Shown piece by piece: positions 1 through 9,544 of a DNA stretch of 64,000 bases; position 1 is the first letter of the stretch, and each line of letters opens with the position of its first letter. The notes under the pieces are model-generated. The model did no database searches and was not told the origin of the DNA. It saw only the letters and a list, made by a program, of their open reading frames with translations. A program made the translations under genes and the position numbers. Origin of the DNA: an uncultured Methylophilaceae bacterium (GTDB taxonomy: Bacteria; Pseudomonadota; Gammaproteobacteria; Burkholderiales; Methylophilaceae); NCBI GenBank assembly GCA_903899965.1, contig CAIULB010000030.1:89489-153488 (forward strand). The letters run 5' to 3'.

Positions 1-220
1 TGTCGCCAAGTTTGCGTAATTGTTTAGATGACAGCATGCCATAAGGCACAGCAACACGAAGCATAGGTGCTTGGCGCTGAATATATAAGCCGTTTTGTAA
101 ACGTAGTGGGCGGAACTCATCTTCAGAAAGTTCGCCAGCAAGATAGCGATTGGTTTGGTCGCGATATTGGGCGACACGCTCGTTCACGAGTTGTTGGTCA
201 ATGGCGTCGTATTTATACAT
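1..220 (-). CDS. cysI: assimilatory sulfite reductase hemoprotein (nitrite/sulfite reductase family), N-terminal fragment running off the window
   Basis: Own translation of the minus strand from ATG at 218-220: MYKYDAIDQQLVNERVAQYRDQTNRYLAGELSEDEFRPLRLQNGLYIQRQAPMLRVAVPYGMLSSKQLRKLGD. This is the typical N-terminus of sulfite reductase hemoprotein. It is absent from the ORF track because it is truncated. The sulfur context (tauE, cysB) agrees. Confidence 0.75.
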   Translation of the reverse strand, partial: MYKYDAIDQQLVNERVAQYRDQTNRYLAGELSEDEFRPLRLQNGLYIQRQAPMLRVAVPYGMLSSKQLRKLGD

Positions 221-312
221 AGGTAATCAATTTTTCAAAGAGGCGGTATTTTAATGCAAAACCGGCTTGGTTTCACGCTTTATATTGGCATTAAGCCCAA
301 TGCAAACAAGGC

Positions 313-1095
313 TTAATGTAGAACGAGCTTTAAGCCAACATAAATCAAAATGGCTGCAAGCGCGACACGTATCCAATGTTCGGCAACTTTGGCGCTTAAG
401 TGACTGCCAATATAAATGCCTGGGATTGAGCCAATAAGCAGGGTGCCAAGCAGGTTGTAATCAACGGTACCAAGACTTGCGTGGCCTAAGCCAGCAACCA
501 ATGTGAGTGGTACGGCATGCGCAATATCGCTACCCACGATAGTAGTGATTTTCTTGTGTGGGTAAAGCACGATAAGTGCAGTCACACCCAAAGCGCCAGC
601 GCCAACAGAGGTTAGAGTAACTAAGCCGCCAAGCACAATACCAAGCACTACGGTGCTAGCCGCAACGTATTTCTCAGGGATTAAAGTTTCTTTTGCGAGT
701 AAGTTCATGAGTTTTGTTCTTAAAAGCACAGCAACTGAGGTAATAATCAGTGCAATACCTAAGCTGAACTTGATGGTAGCAATCGCTTCTGTTGAGTCGA
801 CATCAATCGTGCGCAAGAAAATGATGGTGGCAAATGAAGCTGGAACGCTACCTGCGGCGAGCAACTTAACAATGCGCCAATCAATATTACCTAGCTTGCC
901 GTGGGCAAAAATGCCAACAGATTTAGTGACTGATGCGTAAAGTAAATCAGTGCCTACAGCCAATGCTGGCTTGATGTGGAAAAAAATCATCAGAATAGGG
1001 GTCATGAGTGAGCCGCCGCCTACGCCAGTTAGACCGACTAAAAAGCCAACGATAAAGCCTGCAACAATGAAGCCGAAATCCATGGGTATCCTCAA
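313..1095 (-). CDS. TauE/SafE family sulfite/anion exporter (DUF81 membrane protein)
   Basis: 260 aa, about 8 hydrophobic helices with Gly-rich motifs (VGGGSLMTPIL, SVGAGALGV) typical of the TauE/SafE family. Sits between cysI and cysB. Confidence 0.8.
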   Translation of the reverse strand: MRIPMDFGFIVAGFIVGFLVGLTGVGGGSLMTPILMIFFHIKPALAVGTDLLYASVTKSVGIFAHGKLGNIDWRIVKLLAAGSVPASFATIIFLRTIDVDSTEAIATIKFSLGIALIITSVAVLLRTKLMNLLAKETLIPEKYVAASTVVLGIVLGGLVTLTSVGAGALGVTALIVLYPHKKITTIVGSDIAHAVPLTLVAGLGHASLGTVDYNLLGTLLIGSIPGIYIGSHLSAKVAEHWIRVALAAILIYVGLKLVLH

Positions 1096-1209
1096 TGCAA
1101 TTGATTTTGCGCGATATTAAACTAATAATATTATAAATTATTAAATATGTTGTTTTTATAACCGTTTATTCTTAATATATATCTATTGGTTATATGGAGT
1201 AATGTTGAG

Positions 1210-2130
1210 ATGAAGTTGCATCAATTGCGTTATGTAAGTGAGGTTGTAAAGCAGGGCTTGAACATTTCTTTGGCTGCTGATGCGCTACATACATCCCAGC
1301 CTGGCGTAAGTAAGCAAATTCAATTGCTTGAGCAAGAGCTTAATTTACAGATTTTTGAGCGTCATGGCAAACGCTTAACGGGCGTGACTGAGCCGGGTCG
1401 AAATATCGTTGAGCTTGCCGAGCGAGTTATGCGCGATATGGAAAATATCAAGCGAGTTGGCGACGAGTTTAGTCATGAAGATATAGGCATGCTCACCATT
1501 GCAACAACCCATACGCAAGCTCGATATCGTTTACCTGCCGCTGTTAAAGCGTTTATGGAGAAGTATCCTGAGGTTAAGCTCAATATCCATCAAGGCAATC
1601 CAACGCAAGTTGCAGAGCAGGTGGAGAGTGGTGAAGCGGATATTGGCATCGCGACTGAGGCTATTAGCCACTTTGAGAAGATTTTATGTTTGCCAGCCTA
1701 TCAATGGAATCGTTGTGTGGTGGTGCCTCCAGGTCATCCATTAATTAGTGATGTGCCATTAACGCTTAAAAAATTGACACACTACCCGCTGATTACTTAT
1801 GACTTTGCTTTTACTGGCGGTTCATTAGTCAGCAGTGTCTTTGAGAGGGAAGGTTTAACGCCTAATGTGGTGCTCACCGCGATTGATGCGGACGTGATTA
1901 AAACTTATGTCAGCCTTGGTTTGGGCGTGGGCTTGCTGGCTGGCATGGCTTATGATGCTGAGCGAGATACAAACTTAGTCGCCTTGGATGCAAAGCATCT
2001 ATTCCCTGATAGCGTGACTTATGTAGGGATTAGACGAGACGCTTATCTGCGCAAGTTTGCCTATGATTTTATTCAGCTCTTGGCGCCACATTTTGACCGC
2101 AAGGCAGTGACGGAAGCCCTTAAACATTAA
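1210..2130 (+). CDS. cysB: LysR-family transcriptional regulator, CysB-like
   Basis: [44 protein letters not shown] is the CysB/Cbl-type wHTH N-terminus. I prefer the ATG at 1210 to the ORF-track start at 1186 because homologues begin MKLQQLRY. Divergent from tauE across an AT-rich 114 nt region. Confidence 0.85.
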   Translation: MKLHQLRYVSEVVKQGLNISLAADALHTSQPGVSKQIQLLEQELNLQIFERHGKRLTGVTEPGRNIVELAERVMRDMENIKRVGDEFSHEDIGMLTIATTHTQARYRLPAAVKAFMEKYPEVKLNIHQGNPTQVAEQVESGEADIGIATEAISHFEKILCLPAYQWNRCVVVPPGHPLISDVPLTLKKLTHYPLITYDFAFTGGSLVSSVFEREGLTPNVVLTAIDADVIKTYVSLGLGVGLLAGMAYDAERDTNLVALDAKHLFPDSVTYVGIRRDAYLRKFAYDFIQLLAPHFDRKAVTEALKH

Positions 2131-2240
2131 AACAATTACTTGCGTCCATAAGCTGTGATTTCATGGCTTTTTCGGATATAATCTCGGCTCGAAATTATTG
2201 TTGGTTCGTTATTTTATTAAGTAATTATTCGGAGAGCGCT

Positions 2241-3194
2241 ATGGCTAATTTATTAGAACAATTGAAGTCTATGACCACTATCGTGGCTGACACTGGTGAC
2301 GTTGAAGCGATTAAAAGTGTAAAACCTATCGATGCTACAACAAACCCATCTTTAGTATTAAAAGCGAGCCAATTGCCACAATACGCATCATTGATTGAAG
2401 AAGCGATTGCTTATGCAAAAGCACAAGGCGGCTCTAAAGCAGAACAAATCGACAATGCAGCTGACAAATTAGCTGTGTTGATTGGTACAGAAATCACTAA
2501 GGTTGTTCCTGGCCGTATCTCAACTGAAGTTGACGCACGTTTGTCATTCAATGTTGAAAAAATGGTGGCTAAAGGCCGTAAGTTAATCAAGTTGTATCAA
2601 GACTCAGGCGTAAGCAAAGAGCGCGTGTTGATCAAATTAGCTTCAACATGGGAAGGTATTAAGGCTGGTGAAATTCTTGAAAAAGAAGGTATTCAATGTA
2701 ACCTCACGTTGTTGTTCGGTTTCGGCCAAGCACGTGCTTGTGCAGAAGCTGGGGTATTCTTGATCTCACCATTCGTTGGTCGTATCTTAGACTGGTACAA
2801 AGCTAAGAACCCAGGTACAGAATACACACAAGAAACTGACCCAGGTGTGGTTTCAGTTCGTGCTATTTATCAATACTACAAAGAGCATGGTTACAAAACT
2901 GTTGTAATGGGCGCTTCATTCCGTAACACGGGTGAGTTAATTGCTTTGGCTGGTTGTGACCGTTTAACTGTTTCACCAAACCTATTGCAAGACTTGGCTG
3001 CAACAGAAGGTACATTGACTCAAGTATTGAAAGATGGTGGCGCAACAAAAGCTGCTCCAGCGCGCTTGACTGAAGAAGAGTTCCGTTTTGCGTTGAACGA
3101 AGATCCAATGGCAACTGAAAAGCTTGCTGAAGGTATCCGTGGTTTCGTTGTTGACCAAAACAAACTAGAAGCAGCGCTTGCTGAAAAACTATAA
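2241..3194 (+). CDS. tal: transaldolase (class B)
   Basis: [25 protein letters not shown]...TTNPSL...KLASTWEGI motifs. ATG at 2241 follows GGAGAG; the 26 upstream codons in the ORF track look like non-coding read-in. Confidence 0.95.
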   Translation: MANLLEQLKSMTTIVADTGDVEAIKSVKPIDATTNPSLVLKASQLPQYASLIEEAIAYAKAQGGSKAEQIDNAADKLAVLIGTEITKVVPGRISTEVDARLSFNVEKMVAKGRKLIKLYQDSGVSKERVLIKLASTWEGIKAGEILEKEGIQCNLTLLFGFGQARACAEAGVFLISPFVGRILDWYKAKNPGTEYTQETDPGVVSVRAIYQYYKEHGYKTVVMGASFRNTGELIALAGCDRLTVSPNLLQDLAATEGTLTQVLKDGGATKAAPARLTEEEFRFALNEDPMATEKLAEGIRGFVVDQNKLEAALAEKL

Positions 3195-3253
3195 GCGCTG
3201 TAATGGATAAACGCTAGGCGTTGATTTAACGGCTAGCGTTGTAATTTATAGCG

Positions 3254-3281
3254 TTGACACATTGATTGGTTGCGCTATAAG
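3254..3281 (+). promoter_or_regulatory. candidate sigma70 promoter for hps (TTGACA, 16 nt spacer, TATAAG)
   Basis: TTGACA at 3254-3259 and TATAAG at 3276-3281, about 80 nt upstream of the hps ATG. Confidence 0.45.
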
Positions 3282-3362
3282 ATATCGTTCGATTTTTAAG
3301 TTGGTGCTGAAAAGCACTAAATATTAAGTAGTAAAACCTGTAATTAATTGGAGAAAAGTAAC

Positions 3363-3995
3363 ATGGCACAAACACAAATGGCTTTAGATTCATTAGATTT
3401 CGACGCAACAGTTGCATTAGCTACAGCTACTGCACCACACGTTGACATTCTTGAAATTGGTACACCATGCATCAAGCACAACGGTATCAAATTGCTTGAA
3501 ACTCTACGTGCTAAATTCCCAAACAACAAAATCTTAGTTGACTTGAAAACAGCTGATGCTGGTTTCTACGAAGCAGAGCCATTCTTCAAAGCTGGCGCTG
3601 ACATCGTTACTGTATTGGGTGTTTCAGACATCGGTACAGTTAAAGGTGTAATCGACGTAGCTAACAAATACGGCAAAAAAGCTCAAATCGACTTGATTAA
3701 CGTTGCTGACAAAGTTGCTAAAACTAAAGAAGTTGCTAAATTAGGCGCACACATCATCGGTATTCACACTGGTCTTGACCAACAAGCTGCTGGCCAAACA
3801 CCATTTGCTGACTTAGCTGCTATCGCTGCTTTGAACCTAGGTGTTGAGATCTCTGTTGCTGGTGGCGTTAAAGCTGCTACAACTGCACAAGTACGTGACG
3901 CTGGCGCAACAATCATCGTTGCTGGCGCTGCTATCTACGGTGCTGCTGATCCTGCTGCTGCTGCTGCAGAAATCACTGCTATCGCTCACGCTTAA
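3363..3995 (+). CDS. hps: 3-hexulose-6-phosphate synthase (RuMP cycle)
   Basis: MAQTQMALDSLDFD...DILEIGTPCIKHNG...VDLKTADAG is an OMP-decarboxylase-fold HPS signature. GGAGAA lies 8 nt upstream of the ATG at 3363. The gene uses highly biased codons, consistent with high expression. Confidence 0.93.
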   Translation: MAQTQMALDSLDFDATVALATATAPHVDILEIGTPCIKHNGIKLLETLRAKFPNNKILVDLKTADAGFYEAEPFFKAGADIVTVLGVSDIGTVKGVIDVANKYGKKAQIDLINVADKVAKTKEVAKLGAHIIGIHTGLDQQAAGQTPFADLAAIAALNLGVEISVAGGVKAATTAQVRDAGATIIVAGAAIYGAADPAAAAAEITAIAHA

Positions 3996-4045
3996 TTAGC
4001 GATAAATTCTGAGCTGATTTAATTGGCTAAGAGTTTATAGAGTAT

Positions 4046-4082
4046 AAAAATCCCGACACAGCAATGCGTCGGGATTTTTTTT
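4046..4082 (+). terminator. rho-independent terminator after hps
   Basis: ATCCCGAC (4050-4057) pairs with GTCGGGAT (4068-4075), followed by a run of 8 T. Confidence 0.8.
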
Positions 4083-4128
4083 GGTAATATCTGAATTTGC
4101 AGGCAATACAATTAATTAAGGAAACATC

Positions 4129-4662
4129 ATGGATCATCAAAAACTTATCTTAGATAAATTAACAGGCATTTTGGCTGTGACTGATAACAAATCAGCACAA
4201 CTTTTGGATTTGGTTGAAAAAGCAGGCCGTACATTCATCGGTGGTGCTGGACGTTCACTATTGGTTTCACGTTTCTTCGCGATGCGCCTAGTGCACGCTG
4301 GTTATAACGTTAATATGATTGGTGAAGTTGTAACACCAGCAATCAAGTCGGGTGACTTGTTGATTTTGGTTTCAGGCTCTGGCGGTACAGAAACATTACT
4401 TCCATTCGTTAAAAAAGCAAAATCAGTAGGCGCTAAATTGGTCGTGATTTCCATGAAGAAATCTTCACCAATGGCTGATGTAGCTGATTTAGTAATTCAA
4501 GTTGGTCAAGATGACAGCTTCCCGCTCACTAAAGGGATGCCTATGGGTTCACAGTTCGAACTTTCAACATTGATTTTCTTGGAAGGTGCAATTTCTGAGT
4601 TGATTCATGCTAAAGGTTTGACTGAAGAAGGCATGCGCGCAATTCACGCCAACTTAGAGTAA
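4129..4662 (+). CDS. phi: 6-phospho-3-hexuloisomerase (SIS domain, RuMP cycle)
   Basis: 177 aa SIS-domain protein (GGAGRSLLVSRFFAMRLVHAGY...LILVSGSGGT) immediately downstream of hps. AAGGAAA RBS. Confidence 0.9.
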   Translation: MDHQKLILDKLTGILAVTDNKSAQLLDLVEKAGRTFIGGAGRSLLVSRFFAMRLVHAGYNVNMIGEVVTPAIKSGDLLILVSGSGGTETLLPFVKKAKSVGAKLVVISMKKSSPMADVADLVIQVGQDDSFPLTKGMPMGSQFELSTLIFLEGAISELIHAKGLTEEGMRAIHANLE

Positions 4663-4711
4663 ATGTCAATTATTTAAGGCTTTTAAAGGCTTAAATACTG
4701 CAAAACTGAAG

Positions 4712-4735
4712 GCCCGCTTTGTTGCGGGCTTTTTT
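4712..4735. terminator. hairpin terminator between convergent phi and the HisA-like gene
   Basis: GCCCGC (4712-4717), loop TTTGTT, GCGGGC (4724-4729), then TTTTTT. Confidence 0.75.
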
Positions 4736-4747
4736 ACGCCTGGCTTT

Positions 4748-5449
4748 TTAGTCCAGTAGTTGCTTGATTTGTTGATGGGTGAGGGCGCCGTTATGCAGTG
4801 CGCTTGCTATTAGTACACCGCTGATATTGCTTGCTTTGAGTGCTTCTAAATCCGCACTATTGCGAACACCGCCAGCCGCATAAATGTTCGAATGCTTAGT
4901 TCGCATTTTGATGGATGCGAGTTTTGCTAAGTCTGGTCCTGCATTACTGCCAACTTTATTAAGCGGCATTACAATTACATCATTAGGCCATAACCTTGCC
5001 CTGCTTAAGATGTCTTGAGCGCCTTGAAATCGGTCATCTTTGTAATCTAAAGAGAGTATGGCTCTGTGCTTGGATGCGGTTGATAATGCTTGATATTGGC
5101 CTATGCTATTCAAGCTCTCAGAGCCTAGCACGGGCTTAATGTTGCGAGATTGATAGCTCGTTATCGACGATTCTTTATCAAAGCCTGCATCTAGCCAAAC
5201 CTCGAGGTTTGGAAAGCTGTTCGTTATTTCGAGTATGGTGTTTTTGTGATTGCCAGTCTTTTGTATCGCGTTGATGTCGGCAATATAGAGCTGTTTGAAT
5301 GGGTATAATGCAAGTATCGCTTGAACGATTGCCAGTGGCTCGCTTGCGTGAGTTAGTACGGATTTGATAGGTAAGTAGTCGTGCCGATTTCCATGCTTGG
5401 CATGGACCACTTGGTCATTCATTAAATCAAGCACGGGAATGATGTTCAT
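4748..5449 (-). CDS. HisA/HisF-related TIM-barrel protein of the H4MPT-linked C1 gene islands (COG1411-like, exact reaction unknown)
   Basis: MNIIPVLDLMNDQVVHAKHG...AAGGVRNSADLEALK resembles ProFAR-isomerase-like barrels. Divergent from the cofactor operon. Confidence 0.75.
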   Translation of the reverse strand: MNIIPVLDLMNDQVVHAKHGNRHDYLPIKSVLTHASEPLAIVQAILALYPFKQLYIADINAIQKTGNHKNTILEITNSFPNLEVWLDAGFDKESSITSYQSRNIKPVLGSESLNSIGQYQALSTASKHRAILSLDYKDDRFQGAQDILSRARLWPNDVIVMPLNKVGSNAGPDLAKLASIKMRTKHSNIYAAGGVRNSADLEALKASNISGVLIASALHNGALTHQQIKQLLD

Positions 5450-6448
5450 TTGAAAATTTTTATCTGCGAATTTATCACGGGTGGTGGATTATACCGTGAG
5501 CCTTTACCCCCGTCCTTATTGGCGGAGGGGACGGTGATGCGTGATGCTGCTTTGTATGATTTCGCCCAAACCCCCGCTGTTGAAATAGTCGTGACCTGTG
5601 ACCAAAGGCTAGCTGCGCCTTTTGAAGCGCATCAAGTTCTAATGGTTGATGAGCAGCAAGATATCTGGGTGCTTTGGGAGCAGTGCATTGCTGCTTCTGA
5701 TGCCGTTTTACTTATTGCACCCGAAACAGGTGGTGTGCTCGAAAAGCTCACTTTGCTTGCTGAAAAATTAAATAAGTTGGTTCTTGGAAGTAGCGCTTCT
5801 GCCATTAAGTTGGCTGGGGATAAATGGCTCACTTACCAATCTTTTATCTCGCATCACATTCCAACCCTAGACACTTATCTGGCTAACGCCTTGCCGAACG
5901 GCATGAAAGGCGTTTATATCGCTAAGTCTAGAGATGGTGCTGGTTGTGATGATATGGCTTACTTTGAAGATTCTCAGTTGTTAAAAGGCTGGCTACAAGG
6001 TCGTGAACATACGCATATTGTTCAACCATACCAAACAGGCGATGCGGCCAGCTTCTCTATGCTTTGCAAAAATGGCAAAGCCTATCTCTTAAGCTGTAAT
6101 CGCCAGCATATTGAGATTAATGCTCAGCAGTTTTCATACCGCGGTGGCGTGATGAATGGCATGGATGAGAACAGAGAGGCATTTAATGAACTTGCACAAA
6201 AAATTGTTCAAGCTATGCCTAACTTGGCAGGCTATATAGGTGTGGATTTAATTGTGCATCAGGGCGAGTTTTTTGTCTTGGAAGTAAACCCTAGGCTAAC
6301 AACTTCTTATGTGGCCTTGCACCAAGCCTGCGGATGTAATCCAGCACAGATGCTACTCGACTTGTTCTATAATGAGGCGTTCAGAATGCCTGAAATCGCT
6401 CATCACAAGGTTGAAATTTCAATTAATGCCGCAGTCCTTACAGATTAA
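5450..6448 (+). CDS. ATP-grasp enzyme, MfnD-like (tyramine-glutamate ligase family; methylofuran/H4MPT cofactor biosynthesis)
   Basis: MKIFICEFITGGGLY N-terminus and the C-terminal LEVNPRLTTSY ATP-grasp motif. The only possible start that keeps the conserved N-terminus is TTG at 5450, because an in-frame stop lies at 5423-5425. Confidence 0.75.
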   Translation: MKIFICEFITGGGLYREPLPPSLLAEGTVMRDAALYDFAQTPAVEIVVTCDQRLAAPFEAHQVLMVDEQQDIWVLWEQCIAASDAVLLIAPETGGVLEKLTLLAEKLNKLVLGSSASAIKLAGDKWLTYQSFISHHIPTLDTYLANALPNGMKGVYIAKSRDGAGCDDMAYFEDSQLLKGWLQGREHTHIVQPYQTGDAASFSMLCKNGKAYLLSCNRQHIEINAQQFSYRGGVMNGMDENREAFNELAQKIVQAMPNLAGYIGVDLIVHQGEFFVLEVNPRLTTSYVALHQACGCNPAQMLLDLFYNEAFRMPEIAHHKVEISINAAVLTD

Positions 6449-7478
6449 ATCAGAAGCCACACTTGGCTGGGATGTGGGTGGAGCGCATTTAAAAGCTGCG
6501 CTGGTCTCCCCGACTGGTGAAGTGCTTAAGGTTTGCCAAGTGGCTTGCCCATTGTGGCGAGGAATGGCGCAGCTGGAGCAGGCTTTGGCGGAAGTACTTA
6601 GTCAATTAGAAAGCCTACCCGAAAGACACGCTGTCACTATGACGGGTGAGTTGGTCGATATTTTTCATAATCGCCGTGCCGGCGTTTTGCAAATAGCGCA
6701 TTACATGGCTGAGCACTTAAATGGTGAGGTTCTTTTTTATTCCGCCAAGCAAGGGTTTGTGGACAGCACGGGGGTGTCTTTTTACGCGGACTCTATTGCC
6801 TCAGCTAATTGGCATGCGAGCGCTAGTCTGATTGCCAAGTTTATCAAACAAGCTGTTTTGCTTGATATTGGCAGCACCACCTCAGATTTAATTTTAATTA
6901 ATGATGGATTGGTGGCCTCGCAAGGTTTTACTGATGCGGAGCGTATGCGCTTTGATGAGCTGGTTTATGCTGGAGTGGTGCGAACGCCATTGATGGCCTT
7001 GTGTCAGAAGGTTCAGTTTGCTGGTTTTTTGGTGAATGTCGCCGCAGAGCATTTTGCAACAACAGCCGATGTGTATCGCCTGACGGGTGAATTGTCACTT
7101 GAAGATGATATGGCAGATACCGCTGACGGCGCTGGAAAAACAGAGCTGGAAAGTGCTCGCCGCTTGGCTAGAATGGTCGGACATGATGTTGAGGATTTTG
7201 AGATTAGCACTTGGAAATCATTGGCATTTGAATTTAGAAATGCACAATTGATGCGCCTGCAAGAAGCTTTCAGTCATTTGGTAGATATTAATCAATATAT
7301 GCCCTTGGTTGGCGCTGGAGCAGGGTGCTTCTTGGTGCGAGCCTTGGCGGCGCAGATGAATAAACCTTACTTGGATGTAGAAAGTTTGCTTAATACGTCC
7401 GATGAAACCACACATTGGGCAAGCGTTTGTTTGCCAGCAGTTGCTGTCGCAAGCTTGTCGATAGACTTGGAAAGCTAA
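6426..7478 (+). CDS. hydantoinase/oxoprolinase-fold protein, MfnF-like (H4MPT-linked C1 pathway protein)
   Basis: LGWDVGGAHLKAA...LLDIGSTTSD are ASKHA-fold motifs typical of the H4MPT-related hydantoinase A family. ATG at 6426 is the last start before the conserved GWDVGG and overlaps the upstream gene by 23 nt. Confidence 0.7.
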   Translation: MPQSLQIKSEATLGWDVGGAHLKAALVSPTGEVLKVCQVACPLWRGMAQLEQALAEVLSQLESLPERHAVTMTGELVDIFHNRRAGVLQIAHYMAEHLNGEVLFYSAKQGFVDSTGVSFYADSIASANWHASASLIAKFIKQAVLLDIGSTTSDLILINDGLVASQGFTDAERMRFDELVYAGVVRTPLMALCQKVQFAGFLVNVAAEHFATTADVYRLTGELSLEDDMADTADGAGKTELESARRLARMVGHDVEDFEISTWKSLAFEFRNAQLMRLQEAFSHLVDINQYMPLVGAGAGCFLVRALAAQMNKPYLDVESLLNTSDETTHWASVCLPAVAVASLSIDLES

Positions 7479-7505
7479 AAAACGAAGAATGTTGATTTAC
7501 AAAGA

Positions 7506-8912
7506 ATGCTAAAACACGAAATTCCGTACCAGACAAATAGCGCCGAGCTTTTTGCAAAAATTGCAGATTGGCCTTGGGCGGTGTTTTTGGATAGCGGACA
7601 GCCAATAAGTCAGTTTGGACGTTACGACATCATGGTGGCAAAGCCCTTTGTGCAATTGGTGACGAATGGCCAGCAGACTGTGATTAGTGATGCCGATGGT
7701 GAACGCTCAAGCTCAAACGACCCATTTACACTCTTAAAAGAGACGCTTGCGCCTTACCAAATTTCAAAGACAGCGTTGCCTTTCGTGGGCGGCGCTATTG
7801 GCTATTTTGCTTACGACTTAGCTCGCCGAGTTGAGCATTTGCCATCAGTAGCGCTAGATGCTGAAAATATGCCAGAAATGATGGTGGGCGTTTACGATTG
7901 GGCGGTGGTGGTTGATCACCAACTGCAACGATCCTGTTTGGTTTCTCACTGTAAAAATTCCCAAACTGAGCAGGATTGGCCTAGCTTGTGCGTCCTATTT
8001 GATGAGCCTTTCAAGCTAGCTCCCTCGCCTGATTTTGAAGTCACTTCCGCATTGCAGTCCAATATGGACTACGCCCAATATAGCGCCGCTTTTAATCGGG
8101 TTAAGCAATACATTCAAGAGGGCGATTGTTACCAAGTGAACTTGGCCCAGCGTTTCTCTGCAAAGGCTCAAGGCGATGCTTGGTCTGCTTACCTTGCTTT
8201 GCGTGAGATCAGCCCCGCACCATTTATGAGTTATATGAACATGGGCGATGCGCAATCTGTGCTACAAGTTCTTTCTGCTTCGCCAGAACGCTTTTTGCAG
8301 GTGCACGGCAAGCATGTAGAAACCCGTCCTATAAAAGGCACAAGACCTCGTTCAGGCAATGCCGAGGAAGACGGGAACAATGCACATGACTTGCAAAACA
8401 GCCCAAAAGACCGTGCTGAAAACTTGATGATTGTCGATTTGCTGCGTAACGACATTAGCAAAGTTTGCGAAACGGGCAGTGTGCGGGCTGATAAGCTGTT
8501 TGCTTTAGAAAGCTTCGCGAACGTACATCATTTGGTGAGTACGGTGACGGGCAAGTTGGCGGAAGATAAAACAGCAATTGATTTACTGCGCGCCTGTTTT
8601 CCTGGCGGTTCGATTACTGGTGCGCCTAAGTTGCGCTCCATGGAGATTATTGAAGAGTTGGAGCCTAATCGCCGTGGCCTTTATTGCGGTGCAATTGGCT
8701 ATATTGGCTTTGATGGCAACATGGACGCCAATATCTCGATTCGCACAGCCGTTTATTCGCATCATAAAATTCGCTTCTATGCAGGCGGTGGGGTGGTGGC
8801 TGATTCTGAGCTAGCGAAAGAGTATCGCGAAACATTAGACAAAGCCTCTTCTATGTTGTCTTTGATAGAGCGCTTTGGTGGCGATATCACATTAAAGGCA
8901 AGTAAACCCTGA
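7506..8912 (+). CDS. pabB: aminodeoxychorismate synthase component I
   Basis: 468 aa chorismate-binding enzyme with PERFL...TRPIKGTRPR...ENLMIVDLLRND...FPGGSITGAPK...RGLYCGAIGY motifs. Confidence 0.85.
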   Translation: MLKHEIPYQTNSAELFAKIADWPWAVFLDSGQPISQFGRYDIMVAKPFVQLVTNGQQTVISDADGERSSSNDPFTLLKETLAPYQISKTALPFVGGAIGYFAYDLARRVEHLPSVALDAENMPEMMVGVYDWAVVVDHQLQRSCLVSHCKNSQTEQDWPSLCVLFDEPFKLAPSPDFEVTSALQSNMDYAQYSAAFNRVKQYIQEGDCYQVNLAQRFSAKAQGDAWSAYLALREISPAPFMSYMNMGDAQSVLQVLSASPERFLQVHGKHVETRPIKGTRPRSGNAEEDGNNAHDLQNSPKDRAENLMIVDLLRNDISKVCETGSVRADKLFALESFANVHHLVSTVTGKLAEDKTAIDLLRACFPGGSITGAPKLRSMEIIEELEPNRRGLYCGAIGYIGFDGNMDANISIRTAVYSHHKIRFYAGGGVVADSELAKEYRETLDKASSMLSLIERFGGDITLKASKP

Positions 8913-9544
8913 TGTGGGTGGTGAAGCTAGGGGGTAGTCTACTGAGAACGCCAGACTTAAAAGGTTGGCTAGATGCATTCGCCCAATTTGGTGATGGCAA
9001 AGTCGTCATTGTGCCTGGTGGTGGTGTGTTTGCAGATGCTGTGCGAGATGCGCAAGCTAAAACAGGTATCGATGACGCGACAGCCCACCAAATGGCAGTT
9101 GTGGCGATGGATCAATATGCGACATTGATGACAGGCCTCAATGAAGATTTAGTGATGGCATCCAGCGTGCTCGAAATTGCAGAGCTATGCTTACAAAATA
9201 AAGCGATAGTTTGGAAGCCATCTGAGATGGTTCTGGCAGATAAAGACTTGCCTATGTCTTGGGATTTGACGTCAGATAGCTTGGCAGCTTGGTTTGCAGA
9301 TAAGCTTAATGCTCAACATTTATTAATTGTTAAGTCGATATCACCAAGTCATGCTGAAAAAGTTGAGGTTGAAGACTTGATGTTAGAGGGTGTTGTGGAT
9401 GCATATTTTGGTATGTATTTCACTGGAAAGCCATTTAAAACGTGGTTGGTGAGCAAAAATGAGTTTATCAATATTAACCAAGCAATTACTCATCAATCCA
9501 GTCCGATGGTAGGTGTGGAAGTTGTTGCAGGGAGTCAATCATGA
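8912..9544 (+). CDS. amino-acid-kinase-fold protein, MfnE-like (COG1608-type kinase of C1 cofactor islands)
   Basis: MWVVKLGGSLL...VVIVPGGGVFAD is the Asp/Glu/uridylate kinase fold N-terminus. Its start overlaps the pabB stop (TGATG). Confidence 0.65.
   Translation: MWVVKLGGSLLRTPDLKGWLDAFAQFGDGKVVIVPGGGVFADAVRDAQAKTGIDDATAHQMAVVAMDQYATLMTGLNEDLVMASSVLEIAELCLQNKAIVWKPSEMVLADKDLPMSWDLTSDSLAAWFADKLNAQHLLIVKSISPSHAEKVEVEDLMLEGVVDAYFGMYFTGKPFKTWLVSKNEFININQAITHQSSPMVGVEVVAGSQS

Noticed and set aside
2163-2240. N-terminal extensions suggested by the ORF track for tal. Similar cases are hps 3348, rpsF 10033, the cupin gene 22169, ppsA 51219, the RND adaptor 54409, the MfnF-like gene 6309, and the TTG codons one to four codons upstream at rlmN, rodZ, ispG and pgeF.
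   Set aside because: Downstream ATGs coincide with conserved N-termini and with SD sequences. The extensions are non-conserved or overlap the preceding gene.
3941-3968. GCT-rich microsatellite-like run at the 3' end of hps.
   Set aside because: It encodes an Ala-rich C-terminal helix in frame. It has only about five repeat units and shows no sign of slippage.
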